Shown here piece by piece: positions 8,230 through 17,119 of a stretch of 64,000 nucleotides of DNA (positions are counted from its first letter, which is position 1; each line of letters opens with the position of its first letter). A model generated the notes under the pieces. That model ran no database searches. It was given only the letters and a program-made list of their open reading frames with translations, and had not been told where the DNA came from. This stretch comes from Candidatus Lustribacter sp. (lineage in GTDB: Bacteria; Vulcanimicrobiota; Vulcanimicrobiia; Vulcanimicrobiales; Vulcanimicrobiaceae), in assembly GCA_965277805.1 (NCBI GenBank), contig OZ255842.1:5216001-5280000 (forward strand), written 5' to 3'. The translations under genes were made by a program, and so were the position numbers.

Positions 8230-9114
8230 ATGCGCATCGCCGAAGCACTCCGGTCCGAGACGCCGCTGATCTCGTTCGAGTTCTTCCCGCCGAAGAGCGA
8301 CGCCGCGGCGGATGAATTGCTGGCGACGATCGCCGCGATGCGTTCGCTTCACCCCGGCTTCGTCTCGATTACTTACGGCGCGGGCGGGTCGTCACGGGAT
8401 CGCTCGCTCGATCTCACCGAACGGATCCGCGGCGAACTCGGACTTGAGGTCATGGCGCATCTCACCTGCCTCGGCAGTGGTGCCGGAGAACTGCGCACGT
8501 ATGCCGATCGGCTGGCAGCGGCGGGCGTGACGAACGTTCTGGCGTTGCGCGGCGATCCGCCTCGCGAGGCACCGCGTGCCGTTGCGGAGCCCGGCGGACT
8601 CGCGCACGCATCGGAGCTCACGGCTCTGCTCGCGAACGATTACAACTTCTGCATCGGCGGCGCGTGCTATCCCGAAACGCACCCGGAAGCGGTCGATCCG
8701 CAAACGGATCTCGAGCATCTCCGCACCAAGGTCACGGCCGGAGCGTCGTTTCTGATCACGCAACTCTTCTTCGAAAATGAGCGGTATTTCCGGTTCGTCA
8801 AGCAGGCACGTGCGGCCGGAATCAGCGTCCCGATCATCCCCGGCATCATGCCGATCACCAATTACGATCAGTTACGGCGGTTTACGACGCTGTGCGGCGC
8901 GACGATCCCGTCGCGCCTGCGCGCCGAACTCGATCGCTGCGCTTCCGACGCCGACGCCGTCGTCGACCTGGGGGTCGCGTATGCGGCACTCCAATGCGCC
9001 GATTTGCTGGCCCGCGGCGCGCCGGGGCTGCACTTCTATACGCTCAACAGATCGCCGGCGGTGCGGGCGATCGTTTCGGCCTTGCGTGCAGAAGCCGTGG
9101 TGGCCGCGGCCTAG
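8230..9114 (+). CDS. metF: 5,10-methylenetetrahydrofolate reductase
   Basis: SFEFFPPK, SITYGAGG, MAHLTC, LALRGDP, ITQLFF, HFYTLNR. Confidence 0.95.
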   Translation: MRIAEALRSETPLISFEFFPPKSDAAADELLATIAAMRSLHPGFVSITYGAGGSSRDRSLDLTERIRGELGLEVMAHLTCLGSGAGELRTYADRLAAAGVTNVLALRGDPPREAPRAVAEPGGLAHASELTALLANDYNFCIGGACYPETHPEAVDPQTDLEHLRTKVTAGASFLITQLFFENERYFRFVKQARAAGISVPIIPGIMPITNYDQLRRFTTLCGATIPSRLRAELDRCASDADAVVDLGVAYAALQCADLLARGAPGLHFYTLNRSPAVRAIVSALRAEAVVAAA

Positions 9115-9159
9115 GGTTTGCCCTCCCCCGCGATCAAAGACGCAGTAAGGAGCTTTTTC

Positions 9160-10524
9160 ATGTATACCCCGCATACTTCGCGCGACATCGATGCGATGCT
9201 GCGCGTCGTGGGCGTTGCTTCGCTCGACGAACTCGTCCGCGTGCCGGACGCCGTCGCCGTCAAAGCTCCGATCGATCTCGTGCCGGCCCTCTCCGAGATC
9301 GAGCTTGCCGAGCGGTTCGCGGGTTTCGCCGAGCGAACGACCGCGGGGAACTACCTCTCGTTTTTGGGCGCCGGTGCCTACCGGCACTACGTTCCGCCGG
9401 TGATCGCCGCGCTCGCGATGCGCGGCGAATTTCTGACGTCGTATACGCCCTACCAAGCCGAATCCTCGCAGGGCTATCTGCAAGCGATCTATGAGTGGCA
9501 AACGTACGTCACGCTGCTCACCGGCCTCGATGTAGCGAACGCGTCGGTGTACGACGGTGCGACGGCGCTGGCCGAAGGCGTCGTGATGGCGATCAACGCC
9601 ACCGGCCGCCGGGCAGTGCTCGTCTCGAACGCCGTGCACCCGAACTATCGCGCGGTGCTGCGCACCTACGCGCGCGGGTTGGAGATCACGATCGACGAGT
9701 TGCCCTACGATGCAGCCGGGACGACCGATTTCGCGCAGCTGCAGCACCTGCTGAGCGATCAGCGCTACGCTGCGGTCGTCGTGCAGTCGCCGAATTTCTT
9801 CGGCGCGATCGACGCGCCGCCGCCGGCTGCCGTCGCTTCCGTCAAAGCGACGAAGACGTTGCTGATCGGCGTCACCGCGGAGGCGCTCGCGCTCACGGTG
9901 CTGGCGACACCGGCGTCGTGGGGTGCCGACATCGCGGTTGGCGAGGCGCAGTCGTTCGGCAACGCCGTTGCGTACGGCGGCCCGCACGTTGGTTTCATCG
10001 CTGCGACGAGCGAACAGATGCGGCGTATTCCGGGCCGCCTCGTGGGGCGCACGGTCGACAAGGATGGGCGCACGGCATACGTGTTGACGTTGCAGGCGCG
10101 CGAACAGCACATCCGGCGCGAAAAAGCGACCTCGAATATTTGTACCAACCAGGCGCACTGCGCGCTGATCGCCACGATCTATCTGGCGGCGCTAGGCAAG
10201 AGCGGCTTGCGCGACGTCGCGTCGCACAACGTCGCGCGTACGGCGGAATTGCGCGCGGCGGTCGCCGCCGTTCCGGGCTGCGACGTCGCCTTCAATGCGC
10301 CCGCGTTCAACGAGTTCGTGCTGCGCGTGCCGGGCCCGGCGAGCGGTGTGCTGGAGTCGTTGCGCGAGCACCGCATCATCGGCGGCCTCGATCTCGGCCG
10401 GTTCTATCCGGAGCTGGCCGATTGCATTCTGATGAACGCAACCGAGCTGACGACGGCGGCGCAGATCGCGCACCTTACGACGGCGCTGCGGGAAGTGGTG
10501 GGACATGCCCTCGCCCGCATTTGA
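9160..10524 (+). CDS. gcvPA: glycine dehydrogenase (decarboxylating) subunit 1
   Basis: YTPYQAESSQG, NASVYDG, TLQAREQHIRREKATSNICTNQA; SD AAGGAG 7 nt before ATG 9160. Confidence 0.95.
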   Translation: MYTPHTSRDIDAMLRVVGVASLDELVRVPDAVAVKAPIDLVPALSEIELAERFAGFAERTTAGNYLSFLGAGAYRHYVPPVIAALAMRGEFLTSYTPYQAESSQGYLQAIYEWQTYVTLLTGLDVANASVYDGATALAEGVVMAINATGRRAVLVSNAVHPNYRAVLRTYARGLEITIDELPYDAAGTTDFAQLQHLLSDQRYAAVVVQSPNFFGAIDAPPPAAVASVKATKTLLIGVTAEALALTVLATPASWGADIAVGEAQSFGNAVAYGGPHVGFIAATSEQMRRIPGRLVGRTVDKDGRTAYVLTLQAREQHIRREKATSNICTNQAHCALIATIYLAALGKSGLRDVASHNVARTAELRAAVAAVPGCDVAFNAPAFNEFVLRVPGPASGVLESLREHRIIGGLDLGRFYPELADCILMNATELTTAAQIAHLTTALREVVGHALARI

Positions 10525-11998
10525 CACGCCGCTGATCTTCGACGGCGGTCAGGACGGCCGGGCGAACCGTTACGTGCCGCCGGCGCCGCCGATCGCGGAT
10601 TTGCTGCCTGCGGCGTTGCTGCGCGACGATCTGCCGCTGCCCGACAACACCGAACTCGACGTCGTGCGGCACTTCACGCGCCTCTCGCAAAAAACGTTCG
10701 GGATCGATACGGTCTTCTATCCGCTCGGCTCGTGCACGATGAAATACAACCCGCGCATCAACGACGCGCTGGCGAATCTCCCGGCGCTCCGCGATCTGCA
10801 CCCGTTCGCCCCCGACGAGCTCGCGCAGGGCGCGCTCGCGATTATGTGGGAACTCGAGCGCAGCTTGGCCGCGCTGTTCGGCATGGCAGCGTTCTCACTC
10901 AACCCGGCCGCCGGCGCACACGCGGAACTCACCGCGCTGCTGATCGCAAAAGCCTACTATAAGAAGAAGGGCGACGCGCGGCGCACGACCGTGATCGTTC
11001 CGGATACGGCGCACGGCACGAACCCGGCGTCGGCCGCAATGGTCGGATACGATGTCGTCTCGCTCAAGTCCGACGAACGCGGGCGCGTCTCGGTCGACGC
11101 GATTCGCGCGGCCGCCGGACCCGATACGGCCGTCTGCATGATGACGAATCCGAACACGCTCGGCCTCTTCGAAGACCACATCCATGAGATTGCGGCGGCC
11201 GTGCACGCGGCCGGCGGGCTGATGTATTACGACGGCGCGAACGCGAACGCGCTGATGGGCAACAGCCGGCCCGGCGACATGGGCTTCGACTTGATGCACT
11301 TGAACCTGCACAAGACGTTTTCGATTCCGCACGGCGGCGGCGGCGCAGGCGCGGGGCCGATCGGCGTCGCGGCGCACCTCGTTCCGTTTCTCCCGGTGCC
11401 GATCGTACGGGCGGACAGTAGCGATGAAACGCACGGGCGGTGGCCGTCGGACGAGCTGACGTTTGCGCTCGACTTCGACCGGCCGGATGCGATCGGCACG
11501 ATGCGTTCGTTCTGGTCGAACTTCGCGCACATGGTCCGCGCGCTCGCCTACTGCTACGCGAACGGCGCGGCCGGACTCGCGCGCGTCTCGCAACTCGCGG
11601 TGTTGAATGCCAACTACATCCGGGCGTCGATTGGCGACGTGATCGACATCCCGTACGACGAGATCAACCGCCACGAGTTCGTTGCCTCCGCTCAGTCGAT
11701 CAAGCGCGAGACCGGCGTGCGCGCACTCGACATAGGTAAGGCGTTACTCGATCGCGGCTATCACGCGCCGACGGTGTACTTCCCGCTGCTCGTGCCGGAG
11801 TGCATCATGATCGAGCCGACGGAAACGGAATCAAAGGAAACGCTCGACGGCTTCATCGCTGCGTTGCGCGAAATTCTGATCGCCGCGCGCGAAACGCCGC
11901 AGGCAGTGCTCGATGCGCCGGTTACGATGCCGGTGAGCCGCGTCGATGAGACCCGCGCGGCCCGTCAGCCCGACCTGCGGTGGCATAAAAAAGGGTAG
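10505..11998 (+). CDS. gcvPB: glycine dehydrogenase (decarboxylating) subunit 2
   Basis: YPLGSCTMKYNP, AHGTNPASA, HLNLHKTF (PLP lysine), MIEPTETE. Confidence 0.95.
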   Translation: MPSPAFDTPLIFDGGQDGRANRYVPPAPPIADLLPAALLRDDLPLPDNTELDVVRHFTRLSQKTFGIDTVFYPLGSCTMKYNPRINDALANLPALRDLHPFAPDELAQGALAIMWELERSLAALFGMAAFSLNPAAGAHAELTALLIAKAYYKKKGDARRTTVIVPDTAHGTNPASAAMVGYDVVSLKSDERGRVSVDAIRAAAGPDTAVCMMTNPNTLGLFEDHIHEIAAAVHAAGGLMYYDGANANALMGNSRPGDMGFDLMHLNLHKTFSIPHGGGGAGAGPIGVAAHLVPFLPVPIVRADSSDETHGRWPSDELTFALDFDRPDAIGTMRSFWSNFAHMVRALAYCYANGAAGLARVSQLAVLNANYIRASIGDVIDIPYDEINRHEFVASAQSIKRETGVRALDIGKALLDRGYHAPTVYFPLLVPECIMIEPTETESKETLDGFIAALREILIAARETPQAVLDAPVTMPVSRVDETRAARQPDLRWHKKG

Positions 11999-12090
11999 TC
12001 CTGCTGACTTTCCGAGATCGATAAAGTCCTTCTTGGGAGAGGGGCGTATACTTGGAGAAGACCCCTCCGGAACGGAGCGGATTTTCGACG

Positions 12091-12585
12091 ATGCGGATCA
12101 AGTACGAAGTTTCTGCGGGCGGGCTCGTCTTGCGGCGGAATGGTGCGACCCTCGAAGCGCTCTTGATTGGGCGCGGGATGCCGCGCGTCTGGTCGCTGCC
12201 CAAGGGCCATGTCGAGGCCCGCGAGACCCACGAGCAGGCGGCCCTGCGCGAGGTCCGCGAGGAGACCGGCTGTTGGGCTGAGATCCTGATCAAGCTCTCG
12301 GACATCTCGTACTGGTTCTACCTGAACCGGACCAAGCACAAGAAATCGGTCCATTTCTATCTGATGCGCTACCTCTCGGGCGATACGGCCAACCACGACC
12401 ACGAGGTCGACGAAGCCCGGTTCTTCGAGATCAAGGCGGCGAAAAAAGTCCTCAAGTACGTCAACGAGAAGCGCCTGGTAGACCTCGGCCTGGAGTATCT
12501 GGAGCGTGAGGGCGACTCGGTCTTCGAACCGGAGGCCCAGCCTGAACTCGAACTCGAGGCGATGAGGGACTCTAGCGCATCTTGA
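12091..12585 (+). CDS. NUDIX hydrolase
   Basis: SAGG and Nudix box LPKGHVEARETHEQAALREVREETG; ATG 12091 preferred over TTG 12052. Confidence 0.88.
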   Translation: MRIKYEVSAGGLVLRRNGATLEALLIGRGMPRVWSLPKGHVEARETHEQAALREVREETGCWAEILIKLSDISYWFYLNRTKHKKSVHFYLMRYLSGDTANHDHEVDEARFFEIKAAKKVLKYVNEKRLVDLGLEYLEREGDSVFEPEAQPELELEAMRDSSAS

Positions 12586-13334
12586 CCGCCCCTGAGGTTG
12601 ACGAGCGCGCCTGCCGCGTCTCGCTCGACGTTTTCGACGGTCCGCTGGACCTGCTGCTGAACTTGGTCAAAGAGCAGCAGCTCGACATCGCGACCGTGCC
12701 GCTGGCGCTCGTGGCCGACCAGTACTTCGCATACATTTCGGCGATGGAAGTGCTCGACGTCGAGGTCGCTGCCGACTACCTGGTCATCGCGTCGACGCTG
12801 GTCTTCCTCAAGTCGAAGGCCATGCTGCCGCCGATTCCCCAAGAGTTCGAAACGAGCGAGGAATCGGCCGAGTCGGTCGAAGCCCGCCTCCGTGAGCGGC
12901 TCCTCGCCTACTCGCGCTATCGCGACGCGAGCCAAGATCTGTGGGCGCGCGCGCAAGAAGCGGCCGCCTTCTACGTGCGGCCCGAGGGCGGCGACACGTC
13001 CGCCGAACTCACCCAGCGATATAAGATCGACGCCGCCAAGCTGGCGCGCGCACTGGAAGCAGCGCTCCGTTCGGCGAAGCCTGAGGTCCGCACGATCGTC
13101 CGCGAACGGGTCTCGCTCAACGAGCAGATGGACCTGGTCATCAAGACGATGCGCCGTGAAGGCCGCGCCAGCTTCTTCGCACTCTGCGCCAATGGGGATC
13201 GCTTTACCATCATCGTCACGTTCTTAGCCGTTCTGGAACTCGTCCGCCGCGGACGACTCGTGGTCGTGCAAAACGACGCGCTCAGCGACATCGACTTGCT
13301 GCCCGCGCCGGCGGCGGAGGTCGCGCGTGGCTGA
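12582..13334 (+). CDS. scpA: segregation and condensation protein A
   Basis: FDGPLDLLLNL, ADYLVIAS, FLAVLEL; followed by scpB. Confidence 0.93.
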   Translation: MTAPEVDERACRVSLDVFDGPLDLLLNLVKEQQLDIATVPLALVADQYFAYISAMEVLDVEVAADYLVIASTLVFLKSKAMLPPIPQEFETSEESAESVEARLRERLLAYSRYRDASQDLWARAQEAAAFYVRPEGGDTSAELTQRYKIDAAKLARALEAALRSAKPEVRTIVRERVSLNEQMDLVIKTMRREGRASFFALCANGDRFTIIVTFLAVLELVRRGRLVVVQNDALSDIDLLPAPAAEVARG

Positions 13335-13998
13335 TCCCGTCCAAGAAGAGCTGATCGAAACCGGCAGCCTGCAGCGCAACATCGAAGCCGTGCTGTTCGT
13401 GGCAAGCGAACCGATCTCGATCAAGGCGCTGGCCAAGCTGACCGGCGCCGAAGAAGCCGACGTCACCGTCGCGCTGCAGCACATCGACGAAGAGTTTGCC
13501 GAGCGCGGTGTCGTGCTGCGCGAAGTCGCCGGCGGCTACCGGTTCGCGAGCGCGCCCGCGGCGCGCGCCGCGGTCGAAGCGTACTTGCTGCCGCCGAAAA
13601 CGAACCTCTCGCCCGCCGCGCTCGAGTCGCTGGCGATCGTCGCTTACAACGAACCGGTGACCAAAGCGCAGATCGAAGAGATCCGCGGCGTCAGCGCCGA
13701 CTCCGTGATCGCGACCTTGCTCGACCGGCGCTTCATCGTCGAGTCCGGCCGGCGTGAATCACCCGGACGGCCGCTGCTCTATAAAACGACCCCCGATTTT
13801 CTCGAAGCGTTCGGGCTCAATTCGCTCGACGATCTTCCGGCCGTAGACCTCGACGCGCTGCAACCGCGCGATGTGGAACTGCCGATGACCCTCACGGAGC
13901 CCCTATCAGAAACACCATCAGCAGAAACCGAAACGACACCGGAATTGCCACCGGAAACGCCACCGGACCAGGAAGCAGGAGCACTATCGCTCGCATAG
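13327..13998 (+). CDS. scpB: segregation and condensation protein B
   Basis: IEAVLF, LSPAALESLAIVAY, IEEIRGV, PGRPLLYKTT, FGLNSLDDLP; acidic Pro/Glu/Thr tail. Confidence 0.93.
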   Translation: MADPVQEELIETGSLQRNIEAVLFVASEPISIKALAKLTGAEEADVTVALQHIDEEFAERGVVLREVAGGYRFASAPAARAAVEAYLLPPKTNLSPAALESLAIVAYNEPVTKAQIEEIRGVSADSVIATLLDRRFIVESGRRESPGRPLLYKTTPDFLEAFGLNSLDDLPAVDLDALQPRDVELPMTLTEPLSETPSAETETTPELPPETPPDQEAGALSLA

Positions 13999-14096
13999 CC
14001 CTTCCGGCCGACGCCGACGTTTGGGCGCAAATCAACGCCAACTGTCAGGCTGTCGCCGCCGCCCACGAACTGATCCAGCCGGGTGAACGCTTCGCG

Positions 14097-15233
14097 TTGA
14101 CCGACGATCAGCGTGCGGCCATCACCGAAATCAACAGCGCGCTCGACGAAGGCAAACACGAGTTCTTGCTGCAGGCGCCGACCGGGTCCGGCAAGACCGA
14201 AGTCATGCTGCGCGTCGCCGTCGACACGATTCTCGCCGGCGACAACTACGTCGTCATCCTCGCGCCGACGCGCGACCTGATCCGTCAGCACGTCACATAC
14301 TTCACCGATCGTTTGGCCGGTACGGGCATCGGCGTCGGGCAGATCCACGGCGGCGCCGCGCCGGCCGACCGCCGCGAAGCGGAAGAAGGCCTGAAGGACG
14401 GCAGCGTCCGCGTCGTGGTCGGATCGGCGATGCTGCTGACGATCGACCGCTACTGGGACATGATCGACGCCTCCGACCTCGTCTTCATCGACGACGTCAA
14501 CGCGTTCGACGAACGCGAACATCTGCGCTTGCTCGAGGGCATCGACGCACCGATGCTCTATGCGACGGCAACGCCGAACGAGTTGAAGAGCTTCCTGATG
14601 CGCGTCGGCGCGTTCAATCGCGTCGTGCGCATGCGCAAGATGCCGTTCAACGTGCTGCCGACGAAGGTTCACAAGATCGAGGGCGTGTGGGGCGAACCGC
14701 CGCCCGAACAGCTTTCCCGCGCCGACGAACTCATTCGCGATCATCTCGGCCGCGGTTCGCGCATCTTCGTGATCGGCCGGACGCGCGGCGACGTGCCGCG
14801 CCTCGCGCAGCGGCTCGAGGAAACCTACGACCTCGACGTGCAGCAGCTGCGCGGCGATATGGCCGATACGAGCGAACAGTCCAAGCGCAATCGCCGCAGC
14901 GGTGTCAAGGTCAGCGACATCGGCACGCGCGTGGAAATGATGAACGCGTTCCGCGGGCGCGCGCCGTCGATTCTCGCCGCCACCAACCTGATCGGCAGCG
15001 GCATCGATATTCCGGCCGCCGACCTGATCGTCATCACCGACTCCGATGCGTTCGGCGAATCGGAAACCGAGCAGCTCATCGGCCGCGTCGGCCGGCGCGA
15101 ACGTCCTTCGGATGCAGTGCTGGTCACCGGCACGACGTTCGAACGCAATCCTTCGCGCGCTGCCAGCGGCCGGGCGATGACGTTCATGCCGCGCGGGATG
15201 CGCGCGAGCCGCTTCAACTACGGACGCCGGTGA
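14097..15233 (+). CDS. stand-alone RecG-like SF2 helicase core with atypical motif II; frame probably begins upstream at about 13986-13995
   Basis: LLQAPTGSGKT, LAPTRDLIRQH, FIDDVNAF, YATATP, GIDIPAA, QLIGRVGR. Confidence 0.8.
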   Translation: MTDDQRAAITEINSALDEGKHEFLLQAPTGSGKTEVMLRVAVDTILAGDNYVVILAPTRDLIRQHVTYFTDRLAGTGIGVGQIHGGAAPADRREAEEGLKDGSVRVVVGSAMLLTIDRYWDMIDASDLVFIDDVNAFDEREHLRLLEGIDAPMLYATATPNELKSFLMRVGAFNRVVRMRKMPFNVLPTKVHKIEGVWGEPPPEQLSRADELIRDHLGRGSRIFVIGRTRGDVPRLAQRLEETYDLDVQQLRGDMADTSEQSKRNRRSGVKVSDIGTRVEMMNAFRGRAPSILAATNLIGSGIDIPAADLIVITDSDAFGESETEQLIGRVGRRERPSDAVLVTGTTFERNPSRAASGRAMTFMPRGMRASRFNYGRR

Positions 15234-16063
15234 ATTTCGGACTTCACGTACGCGTCGGCGCCGGTTACGACGAGACGATCGCCTACGCGCAGCGGCTCGG
15301 GTGCACGTCGCTGCAGTTCTTCAGCGGCAATCCCAAGACGTATCGCGTCGGCGCGATCGACACGCCGGCCCTCGAGCGCTTCTCCAGCGGCCGCAAGGCA
15401 GCGGGCATCGCGACATCCGCGATCCACACCTCGTATCTGATCAACCTCGCGAGCGAAGATCCGAAGATCGCCACCGGCTCGTTGCGCTTATTGACCAACG
15501 ATCTGCGCGTCGCGGCCGCGGGCTCGGTACCGTTCGTCAACACCCACTTGGGCTCGTACGGCAGACGCGACCGCAGCGAAGGCTTCGCGCAGGTCGTCGC
15601 CGCGCTCGAAACGGCGCTGGCCGATATCGCGCCCGGCGTGTACCTCGTGATGGAGAACTCCGCCGGCGCCGGTCAGCTCTGCGGCGGCACGATGGAAGAA
15701 CTCGGCGCGCTGATCCGCACGATCGGCCATCCGCAGCTCGCGGTGTGCCTCGATACCGCTCATTCGTGGGCGGCCGGCTACGACATCGACTCGCCCGCCG
15801 GCGTCGACCGGTTCTTCGACCTGGTCGAGCGTGAGATCTGTCTCGACCGCGTCGTGATGTTCCACTTCAACGATACCGAAATTCCGCTTGGCGGACACAA
15901 GGACCGCCACTGGCATATCGGCGAGGGACTCATCGGCCTGGCCGGATTCCGCGCCATCGCCGGACACGCCGGAGTGAAGGGCAAAACCGCAATCCTCGAA
16001 ACCCCCGGCGAAGAACCCGACGACGTCCGCAACATGGAACGCATCCGCTCGCTCTTTAACTAG
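15230..16063 (+). CDS. nfo: endonuclease IV (AP endonuclease family 2)
   Basis: GLHV, IHTSYLINLAS, MENSAG, CLDTAH, HFND, DRH, ILETP; GTGA overlap with the helicase stop. Confidence 0.92.
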   Translation: MNFGLHVRVGAGYDETIAYAQRLGCTSLQFFSGNPKTYRVGAIDTPALERFSSGRKAAGIATSAIHTSYLINLASEDPKIATGSLRLLTNDLRVAAAGSVPFVNTHLGSYGRRDRSEGFAQVVAALETALADIAPGVYLVMENSAGAGQLCGGTMEELGALIRTIGHPQLAVCLDTAHSWAAGYDIDSPAGVDRFFDLVEREICLDRVVMFHFNDTEIPLGGHKDRHWHIGEGLIGLAGFRAIAGHAGVKGKTAILETPGEEPDDVRNMERIRSLFN

Positions 16064-16078
16064 CGTTTAGGGGTTGCG

Positions 16079-17119
16079 GTGATTTTGCACTTCGACCTCG
16101 ATGCGTTCTATGCGTCGGTCGCCCAGCGTGACGATCCGAGTCTGCGCGGCATTCCGCTCGCGATCTCGGGGTCGAGCCGCCGCGCGGTGGTGCTCACCGC
16201 GTCGTACGAAGCGCGGCCGTTCGGCGTGCGTTCCGCGATGCCGCTCTACCGTGCGCTCGAACTGTGCCCGCAGCTCACGGTGGTGCGCCCCGAGTTCCCC
16301 CGTTACCGGGAAGCCTCCGACCGCGTCTTCGCGATCTTCGAAGACGGCTCGACGGCGGTCGAGGGTCTCTCGCTCGACGAGGCGTTCGTCGCGCTCGCGG
16401 ATTCCTCGCTCGAAGCCGCGGTCGCGTTTGCCGAACGCGTGCGCGAGCGCGTGCGCAACGAGGTCGGCCTCACGTGCAGCGCCGGCGTCGCGACGGTGAA
16501 GATGGTTGCGAAGATCGCTTCCGATGCGAACAAGCCCGACGGCCTCACGGTCGTTCCCCCGGGCACCGAGCGGGAGTTTCTCGCGCCGCTGCGCGTCGGC
16601 GCGCTGTGGGGCATCGGCCCGAAGACCTTGCCGCGCGTCGAAGCGGCGGGCGTGCGCACGATCGGCGACGTGGCCGCACTCGACGATGCGGCGTGTTACC
16701 GCATCTTCGGACGCGGCGGCACGTTCTATCGCGATCTTGCCAACGGGATCGACGACCGGGTCGTCGATCCCGTCCGCGAACGCAAGTCGATCTCGAGCGA
16801 AGAAACCTTCGAGTACGACGTGCGCGACGAAGCACGCATCCTCGCGCTCCTGCGCGAGCAGTCCGAAGAACTGAGCGAGGGCCTGAAGAAACGCGACATG
16901 CGCGCGCAGACCGTCGGCATCAAGATCAAACGCAGCGACTTCACCGTTACCGGCAAGCAGACGACGCTCACCGTGCCGACCAACGACGCCGACACGATCC
17001 GCGCCGCCGCCGAATGGTGCTGGAACCGGTCCGGCCTCAAAGGCGTCCCGATCCGACTCCTTGGCACGCGCGTCGCATCGCTCACGATCGGCGAAGAACG
17101 CGAGATGCGGCTGTTCTGA
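16079..17119 (+). CDS. dinB: DNA polymerase IV (Y family)
   Basis: ILHFDLDAFYASV, SYEARPFGVRSAMP, SLDEAF, AKIASDANKPDG, C-terminal IRLLG. Confidence 0.93.
   Translation: MILHFDLDAFYASVAQRDDPSLRGIPLAISGSSRRAVVLTASYEARPFGVRSAMPLYRALELCPQLTVVRPEFPRYREASDRVFAIFEDGSTAVEGLSLDEAFVALADSSLEAAVAFAERVRERVRNEVGLTCSAGVATVKMVAKIASDANKPDGLTVVPPGTEREFLAPLRVGALWGIGPKTLPRVEAAGVRTIGDVAALDDAACYRIFGRGGTFYRDLANGIDDRVVDPVRERKSISSEETFEYDVRDEARILALLREQSEELSEGLKKRDMRAQTVGIKIKRSDFTVTGKQTTLTVPTNDADTIRAAAEWCWNRSGLKGVPIRLLGTRVASLTIGEEREMRLF

Noticed and set aside
13885-13985. CCGGAA-like repeats and A-rich stretch at the scpB 3' end
   Set aside because: They encode a low-complexity Pro/Glu/Thr tail and are not an independent DNA repeat.
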